A stretch of 64,000 bases of DNA, from positions 543,127 to 607,126 of the forward strand of contig MU008193.1 of the NCBI GenBank assembly GCA_010909165.1, written 5' to 3'. Below the pieces are notes generated by a model. It was not told the origin of the DNA and did no database searches. It saw nothing but the letters and a program-made list of their open reading frames with translations. Below, in pieces: positions 13,191 to 26,334 of this stretch (the first letter of the stretch is position 1; every line of letters starts with the position of its first letter). The stretch comes from Anthoceros angustus. Its lineage: Eukaryota; Plantae; Anthocerotophyta. The translations under genes and the position numbers were made by a program.

Positions 13191-14499
13191 TCAGTTACAT
13201 ATGAAGAGACATGCAGTTACATGTGAAGGATCCTCCTATGTTGGGACACTAAACTGCCTGGCCGACGTCCCGCCCCATACCAACGCAGGAGGAACCTTCA
13301 AGTTCCGTCTGAGCGCATTTGCACTCGTGGTCCGGTGGCGGTCCTGCGTCCCACCACAACCAATGCCTTCGGCTTTTGGTCTTAGAGGGGCGCCATCCGG
13401 CCGGCGCCCTACCACATGGATAAATTGAAGGGTGACCCCTGGGGTTCTTCGCTATCTGGGGCATTGGCCAGTTGCTATCCCACAACGGAAGTAACCTAAA
13501 GGTTCCGCCCTTGACTTGTTGTGGAGGTGGGGCGCCGGCCGGCTGGCGCCCCACCTCAGGGGGATCCTTAAAGTTCTGCCATAGGGTTCTTGGCCTTTGG
13601 GGGCGCCGACCGGCCGGCGTCTCACCACATGTACAGTTGGCCTCTTAGGGTTTCATCCCAAGGGTTTTGCATATGTGGGACGACGGTCGGCTGACGTCTC
13701 ACCCCATCCCATCATAGCAAGAACTGTAAGACTCGATTCTAGGGTTCTTGCCCATATGGCCCAGGGTTCAAAACAGCCATTCCCCACTAACATGCTAATC
13801 TTGGAAGGGGGTTAATATACAGTAAGGGGGTTTTCATCCAAATATCGTCGGAAGGGGGTTTGGGATGGGTCGCATTCTGCTTTGGGCAACATCGGTCAAA
13901 AGGCACGAAAATAAGGGTCGATAAGGGATGAAATTGACGTCCGAGCGGTGTCTCCATCACACAAAGGGTTAGGCGTGGTTCGCCATCGAATTTGGCATAT
14001 CGACCCATGCTTGCTTACCATAAGTACCGGAAGGACTAAAAGGGCAGGGTTGATGAGGCATCTAAATAAACAAGGTCTTTTGAAGACATTGCGGCAATCT
14101 TCACAGTCATCATTGGTAAAGAATGGTGCTTCTTCCGAACCGTCGTCCGGAACCCATAGTCTTTTGTTTTGGCAAGAAGGGGGCTCGCGTGGTGGGCGGC
14201 GCAACTATCGGGTTTCCACGATTTAGGATTTAGGCATGCGTCGGATGGGTTATATACCACGAACAAAATGTACAATACGCAGGCGTGCGGAAAAGCGGTT
14301 TCCATGCTACTAAGGATGGTGAAAAATGGCGGGCGCCGCCGCATCCATGTCGCCGACATCGCAACCTACGGCCGGGAAGTGACTCAACTTCTTCAACTTC
14401 CGATCACGAATGATAGCACCAACAGTGATTCCCTATCACTAACGCGAGCTCCCCACTTTGAGCCTAACACTTGGCGGTCACACCGGCGTCGAGTAAACC

Positions 14500-17400
14500 C
14501 TCTTGTCTACCGATGTCCACCGATGTTTGCCTCCACTTCATACATCTTTTCACTCATCTCCGAATTGACACCTTCCATGTCCAAGGGCCCGATGTCCGTC
14601 TTAAATCTTTGTCTTACGTGCACTTTGGTGGCTCGATGAAGCCCCGCAATTCATTCAACTTATCCTCGATCGCTTTTTGTCAATGGAATAGAGATGTTTA
14701 CGAATTCAAACGAACCCATAATACAAGATAGCGGTTTTATTGATGAAGACTTCTTGAACATTCTTGAAATTTGCCTTCCCACCCTTTTTCCTTCCAATCC
14801 CAATGTCTCGGTGGAATGGACAGAATCACATATTCTTCCACGTACGCCTTCATATGCATCTGTGCTCGATCTGCGATGAACGAAATGAGGCTCTTCCACA
14901 TCCAACCTCACGATTAACTTTCCCAATCCGAAAGGCCGATTATGCGATCACAAGGTATGCGATGAACATCCTTCCTTTATGTCTTTTACATCTCCATGCA
15001 ACGCCATTTCTGCCGCCGCTTCCCAACCGGTAAGGCCCCAAGTACATATCCCGTTGGGGGAGTTCTCTTAGCAACGCCTCCTCTAGGATAGCTTCATCGG
15101 GAACTTGGAGTGGTTGTGCTGTTTCTTCCGATTCTGCCCGAGAGAACCATTTCCACGGCTCTTCTAGTGCGAGCCCAATATTGTTCTCCACGATTACTGC
15201 GATTTCTTCTTGGTCCACCCAGAATGCTTCCCACCATCCATATTCTGTCCCAGTCACATATGGCCGCAGCTCCGACAGACCCGCTCTCAAATGTGCCACT
15301 CCTTGGTCGGAGATAACCCCGCCGACGTCCCTTTCTTGTCTCGAGAGCCGGCCGGCCGTCTGTTATGTCGTTGGAGGGACAAATTTCAAAAACTCCAACC
15401 GGCGGTTTCCCAATACATCGATGTCGAATATTGCTTGCTCCTAATCATCCACCCCATGGCCGGGTTTGTCTTCTCGTGATTTTAAAGGTCTGGAAAGATA
15501 AGTTGTTCAATTTTCTCACCGATGAATATGCTGGCGACCATCGCCTTGTCTAATCGGCCATACATATGACCGAAGTCCGGACCTCCGCAAAACTTTGATC
15601 TCCGGTGTAGGCGTATGCATGAACCAAGATGTCGGCCAACGCGGAAGAGTGTGTGCCTCCTTGTGCTTCAAGCTTTTGGAAAAGCAAGAGAACATCGTCG
15701 ATTTGGTCGTGAGTGTGCCCAACAAGGAGGAACCCAACCTTCACCTTGAAAAGTTCCCATATCAACTAGCATGTTCAAATCGCAAACAACAGCTGGTTCT
15801 TGTTTTCCGGCAAGTGTTGTCAAGCTGCAAATAGAGCACTTTGGGTAGCACTCCTTTATAATTAAGAATAACATCTTGAATAATCCGATTGTCGATTCGC
15901 ATCGTTCCTCAAATTGGCATAGTGCAAAACACTCTTGCTGCGTCGTATAATTGTGGATCATGCAACCCACTACGCAGATACACGGTCCTCATCAAGATTC
16001 TTTGGCCAACGCAGAAGTGTGGAATCTCTCTTCTTGGTCCATTCCGTCTATAGCGAGGAGCATGTACTTATCCGGTTCCTGTAACTCTTTTCACGGTGTT
16101 TTGCCATTTTTCCCGCTCCTCCTGCGGTACGCGGTGTGCCTCCAACGGCTGATATTTTTCTCGCACACCAAACACGTTCCAAGTGTCACATCCTTCCAAG
16201 TTTTCACGTTCCCAATTTCACACATACAAACACGCTTCTTCCACACCACAAGCGAAGATGAATCCATGAAACCCATTGCATACAACAAACCGATGTCGTG
16301 GACTATCACCTCTTCACACATACATTTACCATCTTCCCCAATCTAAAATCTACAAAACGCGTCCACCTTCTAGGTCATATATTATGGTTGGCGAGTTTGA
16401 AGGTGGATGGGGCCAGGGGCGCCCCGGCCCCTAAACTCGACCAATCAAACCTACAACCGGGGCCATCCATGAACAAGGACTGCGAGTTTCAAACATGGTA
16501 CTCGGGCAACTTCACAGCGGTCGGTCATCCGAGGGTGGGCGCGCCCGCCCACCTCCGACACTCAGTTTTCAACCATCCGCATACCACCGCTCATTCGGCG
16601 AACTATGGGATGAACTCGAAAAACTCCTCCCACCAGATGGGTTGTACTAGTGGTACAGTGATATCTACCTTGATCAACCTTCTGAGTTGTATTCCGAATG
16701 GTGGTCTTTAACCCTACACATATTGAGCAGGTCGAGAACCTGTTGGATTTGGGAATCTTCACTCGGCTGAAGTTAGATTTCCATAACTTCAAAAACCACG
16801 CGTACGTCACAAACTGCAGACCAGAGCTTTGACACTGCCGTTTGTACAATGACCATATCTCCAGCTTTGTATAGGTGTCAGGCAGGTTATACACCTGCAC
16901 GTTCGGAAGTCTTTCAGCCATGAACAGAAAAGCATTATCCATCCACGCTAGAGCACCAAGTGCATGACGGGACTTATGAATTGGGTTGGTTCGAACACTA
17001 TCCCACGGGGCATTCCTCATGACCCTCCCTTTCAGTTCCTCGTATCTGTTGTGCCCCATACAATATACTCTTCTGAAGGCCTTCACGCAGTGAGGAACCG
17101 ATCCCATAACATGCGTAAAACTCTTTCTTTGTTAGTTTGACTCCGGTCCCGATGTACGAGGCTTTGAAGAAATGTCTCCTGCTCTTGCCTGCACATTGTG
17201 AGGAACCTATATCGTTGCTCCTGAAGGCCTTGCTTGGTCAACCTCTGCATGCACATTTGGTTGCAACACGGTTTAAGAAAGTCTGCCGTCACCTTCTCCA
17301 GTTCACATTTTTGCAAAGACACCCCGCCCGTCAGCGCTTGTCCATGACTTTGTTGTCATCAATGTCTCACTTAAAGGCTTGGGATGGAATGTTCCGGATG

Positions 17401-17900
17401 CACCAGCGGAGGAGGGTGAACAAAGTCATCATCCCCATCCTCGATCCACGGATCATTTGCTTGTGGAAGAACTCGATCCTGCGGTCATCCTCGCATCGCT
17501 CCTTGGCGGAACAAACCACGACGGGATTACACCCCATCTCCCTTCCTTCCGTGTCTTCGCTGGATGCGACCCATCAATGGCGCATATAAGTTCAAGTTCA
17601 CGGGGTCATGGGCACCCCCGCGGAATGGAGAGGCGCTTGTCGATGGCGACGAGCATTACACCGCAATACCACTGTGCGGTGTGCATGAGATGGAATCCGC
17701 CACGGATGGGGTGGACTATTCGGCCACAACATTGTCTTCACCGCAAACAAGCTTTCTTGTTGAAGGCAAACTAACCTTCCGGAGTTCGGACTCGTTTTGT
17801 TGCTCATGATCGGAAGGGCGCGGGGCCCCATTCGATGCCATCCTTGGCTCCTCACAAGAGAGTCACCTACCATCCGGAAATCAAAGACCCCTCTTCCTCA
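14500..17900 (-). pseudogene. Inner element transposase (Sola-like, DUF7869-type), frameshifted; ends approximate
   Basis: QEQETFLQSLV, FLKLWKSNFSRVKIPKSNRFSTCSIC, AIDGMDQ, LYLQLDN, FLLVGHTHDQID. Confidence 0.8.
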
Positions 17901-18660
17901 CACTGCTCTGCGACAACATCAATGTCGGTCATTACATGGGTGAGCAGGCAGGAGGCGATGCAAACCCAACACTTGTTCTCAAGTACATGTTCCCCTTGAT
18001 CGCACAAACGGTGAGGAATGAACTTTGTGGACGAAAAACTCGACCTCTTCGACAAGCGATGTGTGTGTGGCGCGCAACATTGTCGCCCGAGGACTCCGCA
18101 CCTCTAACCTCGAAATATGGTCCTCACTCTTCACAGGCGTGGTATGCCATGACATAGGCGGCCGTGGTGAAGGTAAGGTGGAAATGCCATTATGAGCAAA
18201 TAAACCGAAAGATCTTCACCGGTAGAACTTGGCGGCGAGGCACACCGCCTCTTCATTGTTTTCTCGGCATTGGGGTTCACATGTACGGCTTTTGACTTAG
18301 GGTCCTATAAATGGTTTTCCATGTAAGCATTACCTTAATTGACATTTATGGTTAGGGTTGCGGCACATGTGTATGGCGTGACCGAGCAGGCGTCATACTT
18401 TCGATTCAAGTGGAGAGTAACCACGAGAGGCGAAAGTTCTTGACAGGAGCGGTGGCGGCCGCCTCGGCGGCTCTCGGCGAAGGACTTTTGGCGTCTCCAG
18501 ACGCGACTTCTCCACGCTGCGATCCTCCGCCATTTCCTCTTCGCGATTCACATAGTCTTGGTATGGCCCTCCCCTTCTGCTCGCAAATTTCCTTCAAGTT
18601 GTGCGACGATTCCTTCTTTGAATTGCGCTTCCTATGGCGATTGTATCTAATCTCTTGAGG

Positions 18661-19361
18661 ATGGCAAGCGGAAGGCAGTAGGAAGGAACGTGGAGAGAGG
18701 CGAGACATCGACCCGATGCCCAAAACCAAGAAATCCGGCCCGGCAGAAGAAGAAGGATGCGGCGGAATTTGGTGTGGATGTTGGAGCCGCGCCTACCTCC
18801 GGTGGAGGCGAGATACAACCAGCCATCAAGCACCAGCCACAGGTAATTTGTCAATTGGGCATGGGAAATCGGGCAGCCTAACATCCGGGAAGGCCGGCTA
18901 CGAAGGAGAAGGCTGAGGAGGAGACCGAGGAAGAGACCCCACAGGCAATCGGTGCAGCGCCTATTCCAACGCCATTTAACTATGAGGATCTATTGCCATC
19001 GTCGGTTGGGGAGCAAGGTGGAGGCCAATTGCTCGAGAAGGACGGATGTTGACACAGGATGAGGAGCCTTGGAGGAGAACAATTTTGGACTCCTCTATTG
19101 GCTGGTCGTAGGGTTCAAGGGGCCTTGCCAAACCAGAGCAAGGCTGGTGGGTTCTATGGGCGATCGTGGATATGGATGGACGAGCACATGTTTGGATCTT
19201 GTACAACAAAGCCTTTGGTATTTGATCGGATAAGCGAAGATGAAACCATGTACAAGGCTTATGAGGTCACCTACATGGCTTCCAAAGCAAGAAGTGCGAT
19301 CCTTCAAACTGGTGGAGGATTTGAAATGCTATCGTCGATAGTAAGTAAAACTTTGGAATAA
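18661..19361 (+). pseudogene. Inner element ORF X (unknown function)
   Basis: Starts MASGR; IPTPFNYED and CTTKPLVFDRISEDETMYK align with the outer ORF X. Confidence 0.6.
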
Positions 19362-19779
19362 GGTTTTCAAGCGATTGATGCAAATCGTTGTATGTTGGTT
19401 TCATGACTTGTGCCTTCTATCTTGCGTTTCCTCAATCCTTTTCTTTTTGCGGGATGCTCGAAGCTAGAGCACTAATTACGACCATATGCGGAAGATTACC
19501 GAATCGTCATCCGGCATAGGAGGGAAATGTCCTGGCAGTCGAGCCCGGCTTGACGGAATGTGCATGATGGGCTCACGGCCGGCCGCGCTAGTGAGCTCGG
19601 CCCATCGATGAGGAGGATGGGTGTATACCCGACGCCCTGGCCACTCGACGATGACGACTTTCGGAGGCGAGAGGATGGAAGGATGCTCCGTTCTGGACAT
19701 TCCTTTTCTGGCTCCTCCATGGGTACCCCGTGTAGGAGGAGGGTGAGGCGCCGGCCGCGCCTCCGAAGTCTGAGACACA

Positions 19780-22660
19780 GTTACAGACTCCCCGGTTGGG
19801 GTTCCCAAGGCTGCGAAGGGTTGGGCGCCGCCGGTGCGGTCTGTTGCATTGTTGCGGAAGAGACGGTGGGCGGGCGGTGGGCGGGCGGCGAGCTTCTATT
19901 GAGGCACCTCTGTCCGCCGATCCGAGAGTATGGAGACAGGGACTCGAGTGGGAGAGCAAGGCATGGTGGGCACGCCGCAACAGGGCATACCAGTCGCTCA
20001 CATAGCGAGGCTCCATCTGGGGGGAAGAGAAAGAAGAAATCCAGGAAGGAAACAGTGAGTGAAGCCCACCAGGATAACATAGCGACTGTCCATGTGCGGA
20101 CAGATGAGGAAAGACTTGAAGATGCCATCCGGGAATCAGACCCATTGACAATAATCAGGGACTCTGCCTATGCAAAGAAAGTTGTTCCGGAGACAGTACT
20201 GGTAAAGCTTGAGAATTTGAAGCCAGCATCTTATATTACACCAGATGCCCAAATCGGGAGGTGGAGGCATGGTCAAACTACCTAGCCCGAGTTATTTGAA
20301 GGAAGGATTGAAGAAGGGTTACGCCATTCATGCATGATTGACCCGGGAGTGCAACGATATTAGCAAGTTAATGGCGGTCGGGCCAAGAAATATATTATGG
20401 GTGTACTTGGGGAACCACACATATCTTGCTATGAAGCACTTGGCGATATTGCTCGAAGTCCGTTTTCAATATGTTGAAGCGCATGTATCTGTGGGCTTAC
20501 GGTGCACGAGATGAGAGTTCTTGCAACCGACCATAACACAATGTCGACAAGCGGAAGAAAATGTCTTTTATTGAAGCAGTAAGATATTTACGAGATGAGC
20601 TTCTTATTGCGTCGGGATGGAGTGCGATGACCATGTCATGGAAGTTCAATCTTTATAAGGTTCTTGGATTAATTGAAGATGATGAAGGTGCGAAGATGGC
20701 GTGTACAAGCGAACAAAGTGGACAACAGGACACACATAATGCATCTCAGCGGGAGGGCAAGGTATGGGATAATATTGATAAGATCTTTTCAAAGTGGGAA
20801 GCGAGTTACAGGCGGAAGAAGCACATACCGGCACCAAGAAAGGGAAGGAAGGGAAAAGGAAAGTCACAGATGATCCCAAACACGTGGAAGCGTGTATTTC
20901 AAGCCGAAAGACATGCTCATGAAACCACGGAAATCATTCCGGTATACCAGGGTGAATGTGGGCGTGATTCTTGTCACGGCAGGGAAGGTCTTGTGCATCC
21001 TCGATCTCAAAGGAATGGAGGACGAAATTACTTCAAGAAAGAAAGCGCATGTTATTCAAGTGGCCATGGCTAAACATCCGAGTGCTCATCTTCGAGGAAG
21101 TGAGGAAGGAATATCCTCTACACTCAACGACATGATTGCTCGATTTCAAACGGCTTTTCTTTGGGAAGGTGAGATCCGTCACCACGACAATGAGTCGCTT
21201 TGGTTTTCGTTTTACATTCAGGGCGGCGGTGGCGCCTATCTGGAGAATGGCACGATAGTGGGGGCGCCGGCCGGCCGCGCCTCCCCATCTTTGACGTGCG
21301 CGCGGCGCGCCGGCCGGCCGGCCGGCCGGCCGGCGCCGGCCGGCCGGCCGGCCGGCCGGCCGGCCGCCGGCGTGGCGCATGGCGCAAACCAAATTTGTCG
21401 ATGGAGGGTGTGAAGGCGCGGTCGGCGTCTTTCACACCCTCCTTCGCCATCGCTTGTTTGAATACAATAGGAATGTGGTGTCCCTGCTCTAACGTTTTTT
21501 CTTTCCCTGGCGTTCAGCAAATAAAGGATGTGGAGAATTTGCAAAAGCTGCCGGAGGATTTCAAGAACTTCATATTTGAGATTAACAACTGGAAGAGTCT
21601 TGAGGATGAGCAGCGCAATCGCCGACAAGGATTTGAAGATCGCCTGCTCATTGTTCCGTGGTCCGAGAAAGAGTGTTACTATCAAGTGGAAAAAGAAACA
21701 TTATGGAGATGCGGGATTCCTTGACGCGGCTTATACCCTTACGGTTATGGATGTCCCAAGAGGCTTTGACATTGGTCCTATGGATAGTCGGTTGGATGCG
21801 GGCATGATGAACACATTTTCCAAAGCTTCCGGAGAAGGCACGGCGGAAGAATTCGCTCATTGTCATGCACGGAGTGGAAGAAGCTCACCTTGTGAGAGAG
21901 TGCATGCGTGGATTATGTGGCAAGGGTGGAATGGTGTCCTTCGTTTGGGACAAAACAAACATGAGTAATGGCGGTGGATTTGAGACGATGGAGTACATAT
22001 GCTTGGTGTGAAGGAAGGCGGCTCGAAGACAAGGCGGCTATGGCGCCCAATATTACGTGAGGACTTTTAACAATGGACGATCCGTGATTGCACATGATAT
22101 CGTGGTGAAGAAGCGGTGTACATGTCTCAAGACAAAATGGTGGTGTGCCCTACCAAAGACCTCTCGGGTTGATGATGAAATTCATCAAAACATTCTCGAA
22201 AGAAGGAGATTGGATTACGGATGGTTGCGCGAAGTGGGACAACAACACCGGCAAGATTGCTCGGACGCAATTCTATTGCAATAGAGGTGACCTCATTGTC
22301 TGGTTATATCCCACAACGCATACATGGTTTCGAGGTTTTGCAGTGGAAAGAGGAGCTCACATTCGAGGCCCACCGGAGAGGAGCGGCTGATTCAGGCTAA
22401 AGAAGTTTGTATTAGCGAAAAAATTGTTTGGCTCGGTGGTTCCACTTAGTGCAAGGAGGATGAAAGCATAAGCAGGGACTTGCTAGAGGAAGGACAACAA
22501 ACCACAGATCATGTGCGATCGGGAGTGGTGGCGACAAGGACGAGGCGACAACGCAGAAGATGATGAAGCGAAGGCCACAGCGGTAGCGGCTTGAGTGTAG
22601 AATTGGAACGCATGCAACTGGCAGTTGTTTTAGATTCAGAAGCCACCCAAGCGCAGTATG
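19780..22660 (+). pseudogene. Inner element ParB-like + beta-class amino-methyltransferase gene, frameshifted; ends approximate
   Basis: VLG(G)NHT..AMKHL (ParB-like), YTLTVMDVPRG (motif IV, 21750-21764), LRLGQNKHE/W-D-K region, PYQRPLGLMMKFIKTFSKEGDWITDGC (motif X/I); intron about 21170-21517. Confidence 0.75.
21301..21372. repeat. (CCGG)n self-complementary GC array in the intron of the inner MTase gene
   Basis: cgcggcgcgccggccggccggccggccggccggcgccggccggccggccggccggccggccggccgccggc. Confidence 0.9.
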
Positions 22661-23018
22661 AGTCTCAGATCAGTCCGCCTGAGGGATCTTTGTAGAGGAA
22701 AGACTATATTCGAGGGACGGAAGAGGGGTTTTGAAACTGTGATATCAGGATTTTCTTTCATTACTTGTGTCAAAGCATAGCCGTGGGCAAGGATACTTCT
22801 GGGCTGGCGCCGGCCAGCCGGCGCCAGTAAAGCCCTCTTTGTTTTATGAATTGTGAAATATCAATGTTTTTTTCCCCTTTCGTATTTAGCATGGTGCTGT
22901 TGACGGAGGATTCGACGTATTTCGCATTTCCCGAACGGTGTCTTTTTTGTGAAGGGGGTTTCGGTTGTGCGGAAGGGGGTTTGTATATTAACCCCCTTCC
23001 AAGATTATCACGTTCACT

Positions 23019-23912
23019 CAAGAAAACCATTTCCATAAGTTCCCATGCATGTCAACCAGCCCCGTCGATTGAGGTAAGAATTACCTTGATCGGATTTGTG
23101 GACTGTGTTCCTAATAGTGCTCTTCAGATCTGCGCAGTGTGAACACGTGGAAAACCTGTTTGATTTCGGTATTTTCACTCTAGGGAAGTTGCTTTTCCAT
23201 AACTTCAAGAACCATGGATATTTCACATAATGGATCCCAGAGGTTTCGCATTGCCGCCTGTACATACTCCATATTTCCAACCTTGTGTATGTGTCGGGAA
23301 GGTTGAAGACTTCCACGTTCGGCTGCCGCTCGGCCATAAACAAAAATGTCTTGTCCATCCAGGATATGGCTCCAAGCGCACAAGAAGACCGAGGTTTGGG
23401 GTTAGGCCTGAAACCATCCCATGGGCATTCGAAATGACCCTGCTCTTCAGTTCCTCATATTTATTGTGCTCTATGCAATATACTCTTCTAAATGCCTTCA
23501 AGCAGCAGCGGATCGAAATGGCCCCCAATATGTGTGTGACTACTTTACCCCTTTCACATCCACCTCCCTCCACTTGAACCAAGGACTCTAGAAATGTCTC
23601 TTGCTCTGGCCTGCCCATCCTTAGAATCGCACTGCCTAAACTTCTTTTGTCACCGCAAGCACATTTGATTGCAACATGGTTTTCTAACCGTCCACCCACT
23701 CCTTCACTTTTCTTCAATGTGACACCAGCTACGCGTCTCCGTTGAGATGCAATGCTTTCCTCCCTTGACGCTGTCAAAGTCTCACTCAGCGGCTTCCGAT
23801 GGAACGACTGACGCGGTGCGGGTGTCTGGAAGTGGTCAGCTTCATCTTCATCCTCAAAGGGTTCGTACTGCTGAGGTGTGGGAGGCCTTCTAACGTGACC
23901 ACCATCAAACAA
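23019..23912 (-). pseudogene. Outer element transposase, N-terminal part
   Basis: EQETFLESLV, CLKAFRRVYC, FLKLWKSNFPRVKIPKSNRFSTCSHC; homologous to 16562-17322. Confidence 0.8.
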
Positions 23913-24833
23913 TCCCCTGCGTGCAACAGTGGTCCATCCACACGCAGTTGAGGGATGACAACTCTTGAATTCGGCTACGGCAGGTGTGTAGATGGGCTCC
24001 CCTCAATGGCTGCGTATAAATGCAAATTCCTGGGGGTGTGAGGCACACTCCAGACATTTGCAGATTTATGTCGACGCCTGCAGAGCCTACATATGTACAA
24101 CAAAGACTTAACAAGCTATCTGACGTGAACTTGGAGGAGCGTTCAAGATAGCGAGCCTCTTTCTACTGCGGACAATGTCTCCATTCCTTTGGAATTGCGA
24201 GGGGACCAGGTCCTCGACTTGAACCTCCTGCGCCCCAGGCATGGTCTTTACACAAGTTGCATACTGTATCATGAATGGTATGCAGGGAAATGACAATGGC
24301 GAAACAAGACCAACCTCATCTCCCGCAGGCGTGTGTGTCAAATGCAACATCGCACGCACTTATCACAATGCGCAACAGAGCAAAGCACAAGACTTTGCAG
24401 AGCAGCAGGTGGTGGCTGGCGGATATCAAAAGACTCCCTCCATGAGCTTTACTGAATGGCGTCGGGGCGGCCCTCGCATGCCCTGAGGGCTCCCTGCCTA
24501 AGTGGTTGATGGGATTGCCTCCAAACATGTGCGGACAATGAAGTGGTTGACGCGGGCGCATGTAATTTAACGGAAATCAGCATCATAAAGAAAGCCACCG
24601 CGCAAAAGCGGCGGGCCGACAAAGATTAAATAGTAAGCTGTGGTCAAAATTGACTTTAAGATAGCGGGATATTTAAGGAAATCATGATTTTCAAAACCAT
24701 TTCGGGTTATGGAAGGAAACCCTACATTTACAGGTCGTTTAACTTCAGTTCTCATTCCGGCCTCCTCTTTTCCAAACTTGAAGGCTTTCGTTTGCAAGGC
24801 CATCTACTTGCACATTTATGTCCGTGATACCAA

Positions 24834-24970
24834 GCGCAACTCCACCGCTGTGACTGCCGCAAGCTGGCTTTGGAGCGCAACACCACCGCTGTGACTGCCG
24901 CTAGCTCGCTTTGGAGCGCAAGTCCACCGCTGTGACTGCTGCAAGCTTGCTTTGCTGCAAGCGGCGCAAG
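24834..24970. repeat. About 40-bp tandem repeat, 3-4 copies, in the divergent intergenic region of the outer element
   Basis: ccaccgctgtgactgccgcaagctggctttggagcgcaa units. Confidence 0.8.
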
Positions 24971-25083
24971 TTCCCTGGGAGGCGGAGGATCTATGGAGCA
25001 TGTGAGTTTGCAGTCACCAAGGTTGTTTGTGCATCCCATTTGTGCTTACGCAGTGGGGTTGCCTGGAATTGCAGAGTTTGAAG

Positions 25084-25876
25084 ATGGCAAGCGGCAGGAG
25101 GAGCAAGAAGGACCAGCCCATGGAGGAAGATGACCTGCCCGCCATGCGGCAGAAGCCCAAGAAGACAAGAGGAGGCTCGAAGGCGAGAGCGGAACCCGTG
25201 CCCACGGCGGACATCGTCGAGGCACCTCCATCCAAGTCGCCGCTTGGAGACATCTTGCCATCCGAACCCATGCTCCAACAGCGGAGGGGTTGCCGGGCAG
25301 CGTATCCTCAGCGAAAATCAGTTCCACAAAGGCTGCTGGAGAACAAGGGACGAAGAAGGTGGGTAAGAGCGCGAAACAACCTATTCCAGTCCCGATTCCC
25401 TCACCTTACAGCTATGAGGAGACTGTCCATATCAGGCGTGTATCTGGGCAGCGCGACAATGTTGTTGTTGTGGAGAAGGATTGGATGCTTGTGCAGGATC
25501 CACAACCAACTGACGGCACTGCGCCTTTGACCCCTTTGTTGAAGTTGTGGATCATGGGGTATAGGTGGGCTCTGCCAAATCAGAGAGCAAGAGCGAGCTG
25601 GGTTGTTTAGGCTACACTGGACTTCAATGAAGGGGAGCCAGAGTTCACTTTTTTGTGCACCACAAAGGCATACCAGTTTGAGGAAGTTTCCTAGGATCCG
25701 CATTTGTACAAGTCTATTGTTCTTAGCCTGAAAGGGTTTCGTTGGAAGAAATGTGCACCTGCTGGCCTTGTTGAAGATTTCCGTGATTCCATGCGACAGC
25801 AGACAGTAAGGATTGTCCAGAATTGCATTCCTTCCCACATTTGTAGTTCCCATTTCTTCACATGTGAGAGTCATTA
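25084..25876 (+). pseudogene. Outer element ORF X (unknown function)
   Basis: MASGRRSKK start; IPSPYSYEE and CTTKAYQFEEVS.DPHLYK match the inner ORF X. Confidence 0.6.
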
Positions 25877-26334
25877 ACGTTGTGGATATGTTGTGCTACC
25901 ATCTTCCAAGCACCACTAGTTGCGAGGGCACTCATACGAGCTATCTGCGAAAAGATTACACAAACTATGAGGGCCCATAAGAGGGAGATTTCTATGCGTC
26001 GAGCCCAAGCCTCCATACGAAAAACTTGTGATATGGTGGAAGGTATGGAAGAAGAGCATGCGGAGAGTGAGCTTGGCCCATCAGACGAGGAAGATGGGGC
26101 TTTACCATTTGTTCAAGGGCATTCAGACAGCGAAGGATCTGGGGCGCAGGAATCGGACAAAGATGCTGAAGACCTCCCCAATGTTTTAATTCCGACTCCT
26201 TCCGTGATGGTTCCAACCATCCCATATGACCCGGATGCGCGGGTTGGGCGCCGGCCGGCCGGCGCCCCAGTTTATGCAAGCACCCCACGAGTTGCCAACG
26301 CCAGATCCGGACTGGTTTATCAGATTCAAGGAAG

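Larger units (their letters stand above)
13789..23014. mobile_element. Nested full-length relative (inner element), 9,226 bp, inserted in an intron of the outer transposase
   Basis: TIR AACATGCTAATCTTGGAAGGGGGTTAATAT versus reverse complement of right end AACGTGATAATCTTGGAAGGGGGTTAATAT; 4-bp TSD CACT at 13785-13788 and 23015-23018. Confidence 0.93.

Noticed and set aside
19560-20285. 241-aa Arg-rich ORF as a separate protamine-like gene
   Set aside because: Its 3' half (VHVRTDEERLEDAIRES...) is the frameshifted start of the ParB-MTase gene; the Arg-rich part is an off-frame reading of acidic GC-rich sequence.
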